Shown piece by piece: positions 28,615 to 37,534 of a stretch of 64,000 bases of DNA. Under the pieces are notes generated by a model. The model was given only the letters and a program-made list of their open reading frames with translations. It ran no database searches and had not been told where the DNA came from. Both the position numbers and the translations under genes were made by a program. Within the stretch, counting starts at the first letter, position 1. Every line of letters begins with the position of its first letter. The DNA comes from an uncultured Desulfospira sp. (GTDB taxonomy: Bacteria > Desulfobacterota > Desulfobacteria > Desulfobacterales > Desulfobacteraceae): positions 32,001 to 96,000 of the forward strand of contig OY760175.1 in NCBI GenBank assembly GCA_963663165.1, read 5' to 3'.

Positions 28615-29525
28615 GTGTGGGCCGGGAAAAGGCCTTGGGGCTTCCATACCAGGATGGCTGCCATGAGAATGTAAATGGACATGGAGGCAAGGGATGCCGC
28701 GGCTGAATCGGCTTGGGCAGAACTTGTGAACAGGCGGAATATGTCCGGAAGAAAGGCCCGGCCAAGGGTGTCTGACATGCCCACCAGGAGTGCCCCGGCC
28801 AGGGCGCCGCGAACAGAGCCGATGCCGCCGATAACAATCACCACAAAAGTTAAGATGAGAATGCTTTCTCCCATGCCGGATTCCACGGCCAGAATAGGGC
28901 CTGCCATGACACCGGCAAGACCGGCAAGAAGGGAACCAAGCCCGAACACCAGGGTATAGAGCAGCCTGATGTTTACCCCTAAGGCCGCCACCATGCGCCG
29001 GTTGACGGCCCCGGCCCTGATCTGCATGCCAAGTCTGGTCTTTGCAAACATCAGCCATAAGAACAGGGCCACCCCAAGTCCCACGCCGATGACCGCCAGG
29101 CGGTAAACCGGGTAAACAAGACCGGGCAAAAGTTCCACCCCGCCTGAAAGAAAGGCGGGCACATCCATGAACAGGGGCTGGCGCCCCCAGATGATTCTGA
29201 CCAGCTCGTTAAAAAACATGATCAGCCCAAAGGTTGCCAGAACCTGATCCAGATGTTCCCGGTGGTAGAGCCTTCTGAAAATAAGGCTCTCCACGGCCAT
29301 GCCGGTAAGGCCTGCCGCAGGCAGCGCCGCAGCAAGCCCCAGGACAAATGACCCGGTCTTAGCGGCAACCGTGGCCCCGACATAGGCGCCGATCATATAG
29401 AAAGAACCGTGGGCCAGGTTGATCACCTGCATGATGCCAAAGACCAGGGTTAGTCCGGCAGACATTAAAAACAGGGTTACTCCGAGCTGGAGGCCGTTCA
29501 AGAGCTGTTCAGCAATCAATAGCAT
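28611..29525 (-). CDS. ABC permease (LivH-like)
   Basis: QLLNGLQLG...GLTLVFGIM..INLAHG. Confidence 0.9.
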   Translation of the reverse strand: MLLIAEQLLNGLQLGVTLFLMSAGLTLVFGIMQVINLAHGSFYMIGAYVGATVAAKTGSFVLGLAAALPAAGLTGMAVESLIFRRLYHREHLDQVLATFGLIMFFNELVRIIWGRQPLFMDVPAFLSGGVELLPGLVYPVYRLAVIGVGLGVALFLWLMFAKTRLGMQIRAGAVNRRMVAALGVNIRLLYTLVFGLGSLLAGLAGVMAGPILAVESGMGESILILTFVVIVIGGIGSVRGALAGALLVGMSDTLGRAFLPDIFRLFTSSAQADSAAASLASMSIYILMAAILVWKPQGLFPAHT

Positions 29526-29551
29526 GGCAACAAAATACCGGGAAGGCCCCC

Positions 29552-29953
29552 TTACATCTTGCAGTCACAGGCATAGGCATCCACATGGTCGGTAAAGACC
29601 TTCTTTATGGTTTTGTTGGTAAACCCGCCGTCATCCGTCTTGATTACCTCCCGGATATACAGGTCCTGGACCGGGTGTTGATTGGCGCCGAATTTGAATT
29701 TGCCCCGGACAGACTCGAAATCCGCTTTTTTCAGGGCCGCCTTAAAGGCTTTCAGATCGCCAAGATCGCCGTTGACGGCTTTCAGAGCGCTGCCGATGAG
29801 CCGGGCCGTGTCATACCCCTGGCTTGCGTACAGGGTGGGCATGCGGTTATAGGCTTTTTTATAGGCTTCAACAAACTGGGCATTGGCCGGATTGTCAAGG
29901 TCATGGGTCCACTGGGAACCGTTTTTTACACCAAGGGCAGCATCGCCCACCGC
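29552..29953 (-). pseudogene. 5'-truncated ABC substrate-binding protein (C-terminal third only; resembles aromatic-acid-binding LIV-fold SBPs)
   Basis: AVGDAALG...DLDNPANAQFV..Y..AYNRMPTLYASQGYD...FESVRG.F.F..NQHPVQD; no signal peptide, and an upstream in-frame stop at the junction. Confidence 0.85.
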
Positions 29954-30272
29954 TAATCATGCGGTTAGTATCCCTTTGTTTCTATGGATAGAAACATATA
30001 CAGGGGATGATTTTAAAAAGCAAGGGGTTTTGCGCAAAAAATCACACGAGTCACGGGGTCACTAAAGTCGTGGCCTCGGTCCGGGCAATAACCGTTTAAT
30101 CGGCCCTGTCCACCGTGTATGTGATGGCGGCACCGTAAATAATCATAATGGTCATAATGGGCGACCCCGGACCGGTGGACCGGAGCGTTATCTGCGTATG
30201 AAGAAGGGAGTGGCCTGCAGTGATGAGTCGGGGCCGACAGGCCCCGGACGGCCGGATGATCTGATATCCGGC

Positions 30273-30788
30273 CTACTTTAAGTTGGCTGAACCGGCCTTT
30301 AATATGTTGACAACCCTGCCGCAGATCTGGGATTGTGAGATGATACCCAGTCTTGAGCTGTCCCTGCTGTTTCCTAAGTTGTCGCCCAGGATGAAAACCG
30401 TACCGGCAGGCAGAACCCAATGATAATGTTCAAGCTGGCGAATGGTGCTTTTCCATTTGTTAGCATCAATTTTAACCACAGGGTCAAGAGGCTTGTCGTT
30501 CACCCAAAGCACCCCTTGTTTTATGGCAAGCCAGTCTTTTGCGACAGCAATCACGCGCTTGACCATGGGATTTGCTCTGTTCTTTAAACAGACCGCCACC
30601 ATATCTTTTCTGGCGACGGGCTGGCCCGTTTGGTGGTTAACAACGATTTGATCACCGGGATTTAAGGTCGGGGACATGGATGTGCCGGCAACGGTGTAGA
30701 TTTTTTCCTGGGAAAAACAGGGGGCGGCCATAAAAAAAAGGAGAACCCCGGCTGTGAGGATTCTCCTTATATACTGATTATGGTTCAT
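30273..30788 (-). CDS. S26-family signal peptidase (accessory)
   Basis: GTSMSPTL (catalytic Ser), MVKRV (catalytic Lys), FILGDN..NSRDS. Confidence 0.9.
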   Translation of the reverse strand: MNHNQYIRRILTAGVLLFFMAAPCFSQEKIYTVAGTSMSPTLNPGDQIVVNHQTGQPVARKDMVAVCLKNRANPMVKRVIAVAKDWLAIKQGVLWVNDKPLDPVVKIDANKWKSTIRQLEHYHWVLPAGTVFILGDNLGNSRDSSRLGIISQSQICGRVVNILKAGSANLK

Positions 30789-30810
30789 CCTGATCTTGAA
30801 AGCCCCTGGA

Positions 30811-32547
30811 TTAATACGTGATATTCCCCCCGCCGTTTATATTTCCAGTAATAATAGACAAATCAGGGTCACATCCGGATACACGATTGTTCAGGTAAAG
30901 GTTACGCCCATCTTCCGTCCCTTCCTCTAAAATTTTTATCCCTGCGCCGGCACCGGTCCCTATCCCTGCCACATAGTTTTCTTCAATGCAGTTGCGGACA
31001 TTGTTTCCTGAATTGGCAGGGATATAGATGCCCCAGACCTTATTGTTAACAACCCGGTTTCCCTTTACCAGGCACTGGTTTGACACCCGAATCCCGGCAT
31101 ATGCACCGCTCGCTTCCTGGTTGTTTTCAACCACCGTGTTTCCAATAATATTGCAGCCGTCAGCACCGTAAATCCCATCCGTTCCGTTGTTCATAACAAC
31201 ATTGTTGGTAATGGCGGTATCAGCGCCGTAAATGCCGCGATCCAAACCATCCCCAACCACATTCTGATCAACAAGAGAGCCTCTACCGGCCATGATGCCA
31301 TGATTGCCGCTGCCCCTGACGATGTTATTTTTAACTATGCTTCTGGTACCAATAAGGATACCGTAATCGACATTGTCTGTTATCTGCATATTTTCAACCC
31401 GTCCGCCTGAAGCATACCACAAAGAGATACCACTGCTGGAAAATCCTGATATGGCACCGTTTTTGATGGTAATGTTTTCAAGCGCATAGCTTCCAGCCGA
31501 AATTCCGGCCGCTGCGCCTCCTGCAACCTGTGTAATTGTAAATCCCATAAAATCAATAGTGACGTTGCTGCTGGCAATATAAATGGCATAGACATCCTTT
31601 GTGGATGTTACCGTAAGGTTTCCGGTCAGATAATAGGACCCGGGTGATGAGATATAATATGGAAGGGAAGAGATAGGGGTGCGGACCTCGTCACTGGCCG
31701 CATCAATAATGTCTGCAGCATGCTGGCCGTCGAGCAGGTCGGCATCAAAATCCGCCACATATCCCGGGGTGATTTTTGCTGCGGTAACCGCACCGTCCTG
31801 GATCTTATCCGTGGTGACGGCATTATCATCTATTTTTGATGTCTGCACAGCACCATCCGCAAGGTTAAATACGTTAATGGTCTCTGTGGCAATGTCCCCT
31901 GTCAGGCCCCCTTTGATGGAGCCATTTGCGATATGGCTCGAAGAGACATTGCCTTCAGCGATTTTTGAAGAGGTAACTGCATATGCTGCGATATTTGAAT
32001 TATCCACAGCACCGGCGGTTATCATCACATTGCTGATAACACCGGCCTGGTTGGGACGGATAAATCCTGAGGGGGCGATGCCGCCTAAGGTGTCTGCATC
32101 TGCTGCGTGGCCGGCCTCATCAGCCTTAAAGGCATAGGGGGTTGTGGTAAGCCTCTGCCGGGGAGAGAAAATTTCCATTTCACCTTTTTCCGGGTTACAC
32201 GTGAGATTGTCGGGCGGGCATATCCTGACTTCAAGATAGCAGCCATCCCCACCTGAAAATGTGTTGATGTCAAACGGGTTATTTTTGTAATCAATTGACC
32301 CGAGCAGGACCGTGTAAATCCCGTCCACCACCTCAACTTCATGGATTTCCGACCACAGCTCCGTGGTGGTTGAAGCGGTTTGAAAAACAGCAAATTGCAT
32401 TAAATAGGTACCGTCGGCCACAGGGCCTGTGCTGTCACTGAGTTGCCCCTGGTGATTTAGGTAATTGGGGACATCTGCCATGGAAAAAGAACCAGTCAGA
32501 CATAAAAAAGCCAGTGCAAAACAAAGAATACGCATCGCTTGTTTCAT
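30811..32547 (-). CDS. Exported fibre-like protein: N-terminal 'NHQGQL' domain, 10-residue repeats, C-terminal right-handed beta-helix
   Basis: GGAG RBS and signal peptide; decamers IAAYAVTSSK, LADGAVQTSK, IDDNAVTTDK, IQDGAVTAAK; DADLLDGQH; Gly/Ile/Asn beta-helix turns. Confidence 0.8.
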   Translation of the reverse strand: MKQAMRILCFALAFLCLTGSFSMADVPNYLNHQGQLSDSTGPVADGTYLMQFAVFQTASTTTELWSEIHEVEVVDGIYTVLLGSIDYKNNPFDINTFSGGDGCYLEVRICPPDNLTCNPEKGEMEIFSPRQRLTTTPYAFKADEAGHAADADTLGGIAPSGFIRPNQAGVISNVMITAGAVDNSNIAAYAVTSSKIAEGNVSSSHIANGSIKGGLTGDIATETINVFNLADGAVQTSKIDDNAVTTDKIQDGAVTAAKITPGYVADFDADLLDGQHAADIIDAASDEVRTPISSLPYYISSPGSYYLTGNLTVTSTKDVYAIYIASSNVTIDFMGFTITQVAGGAAAGISAGSYALENITIKNGAISGFSSSGISLWYASGGRVENMQITDNVDYGILIGTRSIVKNNIVRGSGNHGIMAGRGSLVDQNVVGDGLDRGIYGADTAITNNVVMNNGTDGIYGADGCNIIGNTVVENNQEASGAYAGIRVSNQCLVKGNRVVNNKVWGIYIPANSGNNVRNCIEENYVAGIGTGAGAGIKILEEGTEDGRNLYLNNRVSGCDPDLSIITGNINGGGNITY

Positions 32548-32577
32548 TTTTTTCTCCAAATAATCAATTGTTAAAGC

Positions 32578-34269
32578 GTAACTACTCACCCCATAAAAAA
32601 ATGCAAGAATTTAAAAAAAAGACTTGACAGGTTTTTTGAGGCCGATTTTAAAATTTTTTAAATGGTTGCCAAATCCTTTTTTAAAGCATGCTGGCGCTTA
32701 TTTATCCAGAAATTTACCGTAAAATCATGACAGATGATGCCGAATACATAGAAAATCCGCTATAGAGCAAATCTCGAGCCGCCAAAAACCCGTGTTATAA
32801 TAATGACATGGCAACGGTAGATAAAAATAGTGTTCGGGAAGAAATAGCCCGTCTAAAAAAGGATTTTGAAAATCTTTGTGCTGAGGGCAAAGTATCTCCT
32901 GAGATGCGGGCTCTGATGAACAGCATGCTCCTTATTGTGGAATTGATACTATCTATCTTCCTTGAGAAAAAGACCCGCAAAGATAACAAAAACTCAAGTC
33001 TGCCGTCTTCACAAACATCTAAGGACGAGACCTCCAAATCAGATCCTGGAAGTAAAGGAAAGGGCAAAGAGGTCAGCGGTAAGCTTAGCAATGCCCGCAC
33101 AAAATCAACCGTCACCGTTGCGCAAGCTGTAACATGTAATGTATGTGGTCAGCCGCTTGATCAAACACCCTGCCAGGGATATGAGCGGCGTACCAAAATA
33201 GATATCATTTTTGAAAAAGTCGTGGATCATGTTGATGCCGAAATCAAAGAGTGCCCCAACTGTAACACGACGGTCAAAGGACAATTTCCAGAGGATATGC
33301 CAGGCCCTCTGCAATATGGGAATGGACTCAAAGCATTTGTCATTCACTTGATCATCAGCCAAATGGTTGCACTCAACCGAGTTCAAAAGCAGATTTCTGC
33401 AATGATCGGTGTGGTAATTTCAGAAGCAACCCTTCTAAAGTTTGTTTGGCGACTTTATCAAGCACTTGAAAGGTGGGAGGTCAAATCGATAGAAGACATT
33501 CTTCAGGCCCCATCAATTCATGTTGACGAGACATCCTTTCGGGTGGATCGAAAAAATCACTGGATACATGTGTATTCCTCCGGAGGCACCACCTTGAAGC
33601 TACTTCACCGAAAGCGAGGCAAGGAGGCGATAGTCGATTTGAATATTATTCCCCGCTATGGCGGGGTAATAATCCACGATTGCTGGGCATCATACCTGTC
33701 GTACGATCATTGTGGACATGGACTTTGTGGTTCCCATCTATTGAGGGAACTGACATTTATTGTTGAATCCAATCAGTACAGGTGGGCTGCTAATATGAAA
33801 AAGCTTTTACAGGAAACTTGTCATAAAGTAGCAAAGCGGGAAGAAAAGTGTTTGGCAGATAAAGAATACGCTAATTTGCAAAAACGATTCCGTAACATTC
33901 TTACACGAGGTGATAAAGAGCTGCCGGAAATCCCGCCAAAACCAAAAGGCAAACGCGGTAAAATGGCCAAATCAGATGCCCATAATCTGTGGGAAAGGCT
34001 TAAAAATAATGAAGCGGCCGTTTTGCTGTTTGCCAAGGACCCATATGTTCCATTCACTAATAATCGGGCAGAACGCGATCTTCGGATGGCAAAGGTAAAA
34101 CAGAAAATATCAGGTTGTTTTCGATGCCAGCAATATGCTCATGCTTATTGTCGGATTTCAAGCTACCTGCAAACCATGGCAAACAAAGGCGTGAATCCTC
34201 TTGTTGCCATTCAGCTTGCTTTGGCAGGTGAAATCCCCGGTGTCGATTTTGACCGGGGTGAGTAGTTAC
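32578..34269 (+). mobile_element. IS66-family element, single-ORF (ISBst12-like) type, 1692 bp
   Basis: IR GTAACTACTCACCCC/GGGGTGAGTAGTTAC; 8-bp TSD GTTAAAGC at 32570-32577 and 34270-34277. Confidence 0.93.
32808..34265 (+). CDS. IS66-family transposase (TnpC)
   Basis: NSSLPSSQ, Zn finger CNVC/CPNC, HVDET, HDCW, CGSHLLREL, TNNRAERDLR. Confidence 0.95.
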   Translation: MATVDKNSVREEIARLKKDFENLCAEGKVSPEMRALMNSMLLIVELILSIFLEKKTRKDNKNSSLPSSQTSKDETSKSDPGSKGKGKEVSGKLSNARTKSTVTVAQAVTCNVCGQPLDQTPCQGYERRTKIDIIFEKVVDHVDAEIKECPNCNTTVKGQFPEDMPGPLQYGNGLKAFVIHLIISQMVALNRVQKQISAMIGVVISEATLLKFVWRLYQALERWEVKSIEDILQAPSIHVDETSFRVDRKNHWIHVYSSGGTTLKLLHRKRGKEAIVDLNIIPRYGGVIIHDCWASYLSYDHCGHGLCGSHLLRELTFIVESNQYRWAANMKKLLQETCHKVAKREEKCLADKEYANLQKRFRNILTRGDKELPEIPPKPKGKRGKMAKSDAHNLWERLKNNEAAVLLFAKDPYVPFTNNRAERDLRMAKVKQKISGCFRCQQYAHAYCRISSYLQTMANKGVNPLVAIQLALAGEIPGVDFDRGE

Positions 34270-34364
34270 GTTAAAGCATTAAATATTATCTTAAAATTTA
34301 AAATCACGGATTAATGCACTTCATGAGCCAGGTTATGCCATGGCCTTTTGTTTCATGTGATCTG

Positions 34365-34763
34365 TCACAGCCCCGGAAGAAGTAAAAACAGGTCGTCTCC
34401 GTCTACATCCCCTTCCCAGTCAATGTCGCAGCAGTTTGACGGGACAGCGGTGGTCTCTCCAAAGGATTGGGCAAATTTACTTAACGTGCACTCGCACTCT
34501 TCGGGCCTGACCTGGTACCAGAATCCCGGCTTCAGGGTATAGGAATCAGACGCCGGTAAAAAATCATTTGCTTCAACCGGAGTGGGCTGGCCAGTGGTGC
34601 TGATACTTTCATAGTGCTGAGAGACGATGGCACTGCCCCCTGCGGAGATGACACGGGCTTTAATTCCATAATGATCGCTTGCCATGTTTTGTGCCAGGAC
34701 CACCTGGCACCAGAGAAGACAGCTGAATACCGCTAAACAGACTTTATCCATAAGGAACCCCAT
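34365..34763 (-). CDS. Small exported protein with a GG..S/GQP/GFW motif and a C-terminal dockerin/EF-hand-like Ca-binding motif
   Basis: Signal peptide (VLA-Q); ISAGGS...TTGQPT...YTLKPGFWY; DIDWEGDVDGDDL. Confidence 0.7.
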   Translation of the reverse strand: MGFLMDKVCLAVFSCLLWCQVVLAQNMASDHYGIKARVISAGGSAIVSQHYESISTTGQPTPVEANDFLPASDSYTLKPGFWYQVRPEECECTLSKFAQSFGETTAVPSNCCDIDWEGDVDGDDLFLLLPGL

Positions 34764-34808
34764 AAAATTTAGGAATATACTCGATCAGAGAATGTCTTTC
34801 AGATATTT

Positions 34809-34824
34809 TGCAAAGATCGTGCCA
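34809..34824 (-). promoter_or_regulatory. Sigma54 -24/-12 promoter TGGCACGATCTTTGCA
   Basis: Matches the TGGCACG-N4-TTGCW consensus exactly, about 45 bp upstream of the 34763 start. Confidence 0.85.
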
Positions 34825-34931
34825 ATAAAAATCAACCCCGGTTATCTCCCCAGGGGATATCGAAAAATTTAAAACACTTTAAATACAGTCTGTTATATAT
34901 TTCCTCAAGGAAAGGCAAAAAAAGAGGCTAT

Positions 34932-34990
34932 GGTAAATTTTACATACAATTGTGAAAAAAAATTCACAATTGTATGAACTTTTTTTCACA
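34932..34990. promoter_or_regulatory. Enhancer (bEBP-binding) region: GTAAATTTTACA plus palindrome CATACAATTGTGAA-N6-TTCACAATTGTATG
   Basis: Perfect 14-bp arms at 34943-34976, 110-150 bp upstream of the sigma54 site. Confidence 0.65.
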
Positions 34991-35042
34991 CATAAAGATG
35001 GCCTTTGCGACACGGCAGGACAGCCGCCAATTGGTTGCACAA

Positions 35043-35732
35043 TTATGCCTGGTCCGGCCCTATATCCTTTTCTGCTTTATCTGCAATTTCTTGGGCAAAC
35101 GGGCCAAGATTGCCGTTGATATAGGCTCTCATTGTGGTTATGCAGAGCTGTTCCAATACAGTGTTTGTCCATTTTTCAGGGCAGTTCATCTCTTTTATCT
35201 TTTTTTTGACAGTAACTGCAGCCTTGATGCTTTCAGCCACAGCAAAGGTATTTAATTCCCGGATTTTTTCAATATCCCCATGTTCAACTATAAACGCGCC
35301 TGACATGAGATTTTTAATTGTATTGAAAATTTTTTCATCACAACGGTCAACAACCATAATGGCTTTTTGATTAGTGGAGATTGCCTGGGCATTTCCAATT
35401 ATTTTTGCGTCAATAAGGAAGGCATGCGTGCTGTGCAGTTTATCTGTACTGGCATTTGTGGCAAGATTAACTAGAACGGCCCCTTTTTTTACAATAGACA
35501 AAAGCTTGTTTACTGTATTTTGAATTAGATCTGCTGAAAGTACCAAAAAGACAATATCCGCGTTTTTTGCACCCTGCAAAGAAGTATCATAGGCACTGCC
35601 TGTTTTTTGCGCTGTTATCTTTGCTTTATCTAAATTTATATCGATAATGGTTTTGGGGTTTTTAGGGGGCAACTGTGTTGCAACAACAGATCCCATTCTT
35701 CCGGCGCCGATTACAGCAATGGTTTTTTCCAT
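35043..35732 (-). CDS. NAD(P)-binding Rossmann oxidoreductase (F420_oxidored / P5C-reductase-like N-terminus)
   Basis: IAVIGAGRMG, ADIVFL; GGGAG RBS; visibly AT-rich. Confidence 0.7.
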   Translation of the reverse strand: MEKTIAVIGAGRMGSVVATQLPPKNPKTIIDINLDKAKITAQKTGSAYDTSLQGAKNADIVFLVLSADLIQNTVNKLLSIVKKGAVLVNLATNASTDKLHSTHAFLIDAKIIGNAQAISTNQKAIMVVDRCDEKIFNTIKNLMSGAFIVEHGDIEKIRELNTFAVAESIKAAVTVKKKIKEMNCPEKWTNTVLEQLCITTMRAYINGNLGPFAQEIADKAEKDIGPDQA

Positions 35733-35973
35733 GTAATAACTCCCTGGTATAGTCAAAAAAAGCATTATACCGGGCGAACCCGAATATTCCATGATTTTTT
35801 TGCCTTAGAGGCAAGGCACAGGCCGGGAATTTGTGATTTTGAAATTAACTTAAAAAATTCGGGGGATATTTACATGGAATCGCTAAAAAGCGAGGCGTAA
35901 ATGCGTAATAGGGGGGGGGGCGTGGCAACACCCCTCTGTATAATTTACTGCTGATCTGCTAATATGGCCTGCC

Positions 35974-37026
35974 ATGAACGAGACCACAGGCAAAATAGAT
36001 TTTAAACAGCTTTTGGACAGGATCCCGGACTGCCGGCCCGTGTGGCAAGACATTCTTGAAGAAGCGGTGCGGGAGCCGGCCGAACTTTGCCGCCGCCTGG
36101 GCATTTCAACCCAGGAAGCAGAGATGAACCCGGATTTTCCCATGGTTGTGCCCGAAACCTTCTGGCGGCGCATCAAGCCGGGGGATCCCAATGACCCGCT
36201 GCTGCTTCAGGTCCTGCCCCGAAAGGCGGAATCAGCGGTTCTTGAGGGGTTTACCACAGATCCTTTACAGGAGAATCAGAATGTCAGTCCCACAGGGATT
36301 TTATCCAAATACCAGGGCCGCAGCCTTATTGTGACCGGCCGGGCCTGCGGTGTTCACTGCCGGTTTTGCTTCAGGCGGCATCTGCCCCTTCCCAGGGACG
36401 GAGAGGGGGAAGGCCGTTTTACGGTTGATCCTGAAGCCATTGCCGCACAACTTTCAGTTGATCCTGAAATCCATGAGGTCATTCTCAGCGGCGGGGACCC
36501 ATTGATGATGAGTGATCTGAAGCTTTCAACCCTTATCCACCACCTTGACCAGGTCCCCCATCTGCGAAGGATCCGGATCCATACCCGGCTGCCGGTGGTC
36601 ATCCCCCACCGGGTTACAGAAGATCTGCTGGCCGTTTTGAGCAATCAAAAAAGGTGGGGCATGGGGGGGCGACGGCTTGTCGTACTGCACGTGAACCATG
36701 CCAATGAACTGGACGGCCGGGTTTACGAGGCCATAGAGAACCTGATCAATTGCGGGTGCAATGTGTTGAGCCAGACCGTGCTGCTGCGCGGGGTCAACGA
36801 TACGGTTCCGGCGCTGAAGACGCTGTTTGAAGCGCTGGTGGATTCAGGGGTGGTGCCCTACTATCTCCACCAGCTGGACCGGGTGGCCGGGGCCGCCCAT
36901 TTTGAGGTGCCTGTAAAAGAAGGCTGCCGCCTGATGGCCCAGCTTCGCGCTGAGTTGCCGGGGTATGCGGTTCCCCGCTATGTCCGGGAAATTCCCGGGG
37001 CCCCAGGCAAGGTGGTATTGATTTAG
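35974..37026 (+). CDS. epmB: KamA-family radical SAM lysine 2,3-aminomutase (EF-P beta-lysylation, EpmB-like)
   Basis: DPNDPLLLQVLP, CGVHCRFCFRRH, ILSGGDPL, RIHTRLPVV, PYYLHQLDRV.GAAHF. Confidence 0.88.
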   Translation: MNETTGKIDFKQLLDRIPDCRPVWQDILEEAVREPAELCRRLGISTQEAEMNPDFPMVVPETFWRRIKPGDPNDPLLLQVLPRKAESAVLEGFTTDPLQENQNVSPTGILSKYQGRSLIVTGRACGVHCRFCFRRHLPLPRDGEGEGRFTVDPEAIAAQLSVDPEIHEVILSGGDPLMMSDLKLSTLIHHLDQVPHLRRIRIHTRLPVVIPHRVTEDLLAVLSNQKRWGMGGRRLVVLHVNHANELDGRVYEAIENLINCGCNVLSQTVLLRGVNDTVPALKTLFEALVDSGVVPYYLHQLDRVAGAAHFEVPVKEGCRLMAQLRAELPGYAVPRYVREIPGAPGKVVLI

Positions 37027-37112
37027 TTTTTTTGTCAAAATTGACCTGACGGTAAAGATTTGCTAAACAATTTAAAGCGGTTTTATTCAACACCCCAACA
37101 GGGAGATTCAAA

Positions 37113-37502
37113 ATGGCCCTTCAGGTAGTGATGGGAGCAATGTTACAATGTTCTTTCGGCGCATCGCCGTGTTCCCTTGTGGTGCTTCCCACAAACAAAG
37201 TCCAGGGCGGCTATGTGCCCGCGGCCAATATCAACGACTACATACCGATTACCAATATTCCAGGGTTTGGCATGTGCTCCAATCCGGGCAATCCTGCCGT
37301 AGCCGCCGCCACATCGGCTGCCATGGGGGTTCTGACCCCCCAGGCATGTGTGCCGGCGACCGCCGCGCCCTGGACGCCGGGGGCCTCCACCGTATTGATC
37401 GGCAACATGCCCGCACTCAATGATACTTCAACCTGCATGTGCTCCTATGGCGGCACCATCAGCATCACCAATGCCGGCCAGACCAGCATAAACATCCCCT
37501 AA
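37113..37502 (+). CDS. DUF4280 (PAAR-like) protein
   Basis: GAMLQCSFG, NIPGFGMC, CVPAT..PW.PG, CMCSYGGTI. Confidence 0.9.
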   Translation: MALQVVMGAMLQCSFGASPCSLVVLPTNKVQGGYVPAANINDYIPITNIPGFGMCSNPGNPAVAAATSAAMGVLTPQACVPATAAPWTPGASTVLIGNMPALNDTSTCMCSYGGTISITNAGQTSINIP

Positions 37503-37534
37503 AAAAAATCCACCCACAGGGGAGTGTATTTGTT

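Noticed and set aside
27625..29058. 477-aa extended permease ORF
   Set aside because: The first 148 codons overlap the upstream permease in another frame; the real start is 28614
30060..30272. GC-rich hairpins downstream of the S26 peptidase (GGCCGGAT/ATCCGGCC, GGGGCC/GGCCCC)
   Set aside because: Could be a terminator or decayed DNA; no RNA family features recognised, insufficient support for an ncRNA
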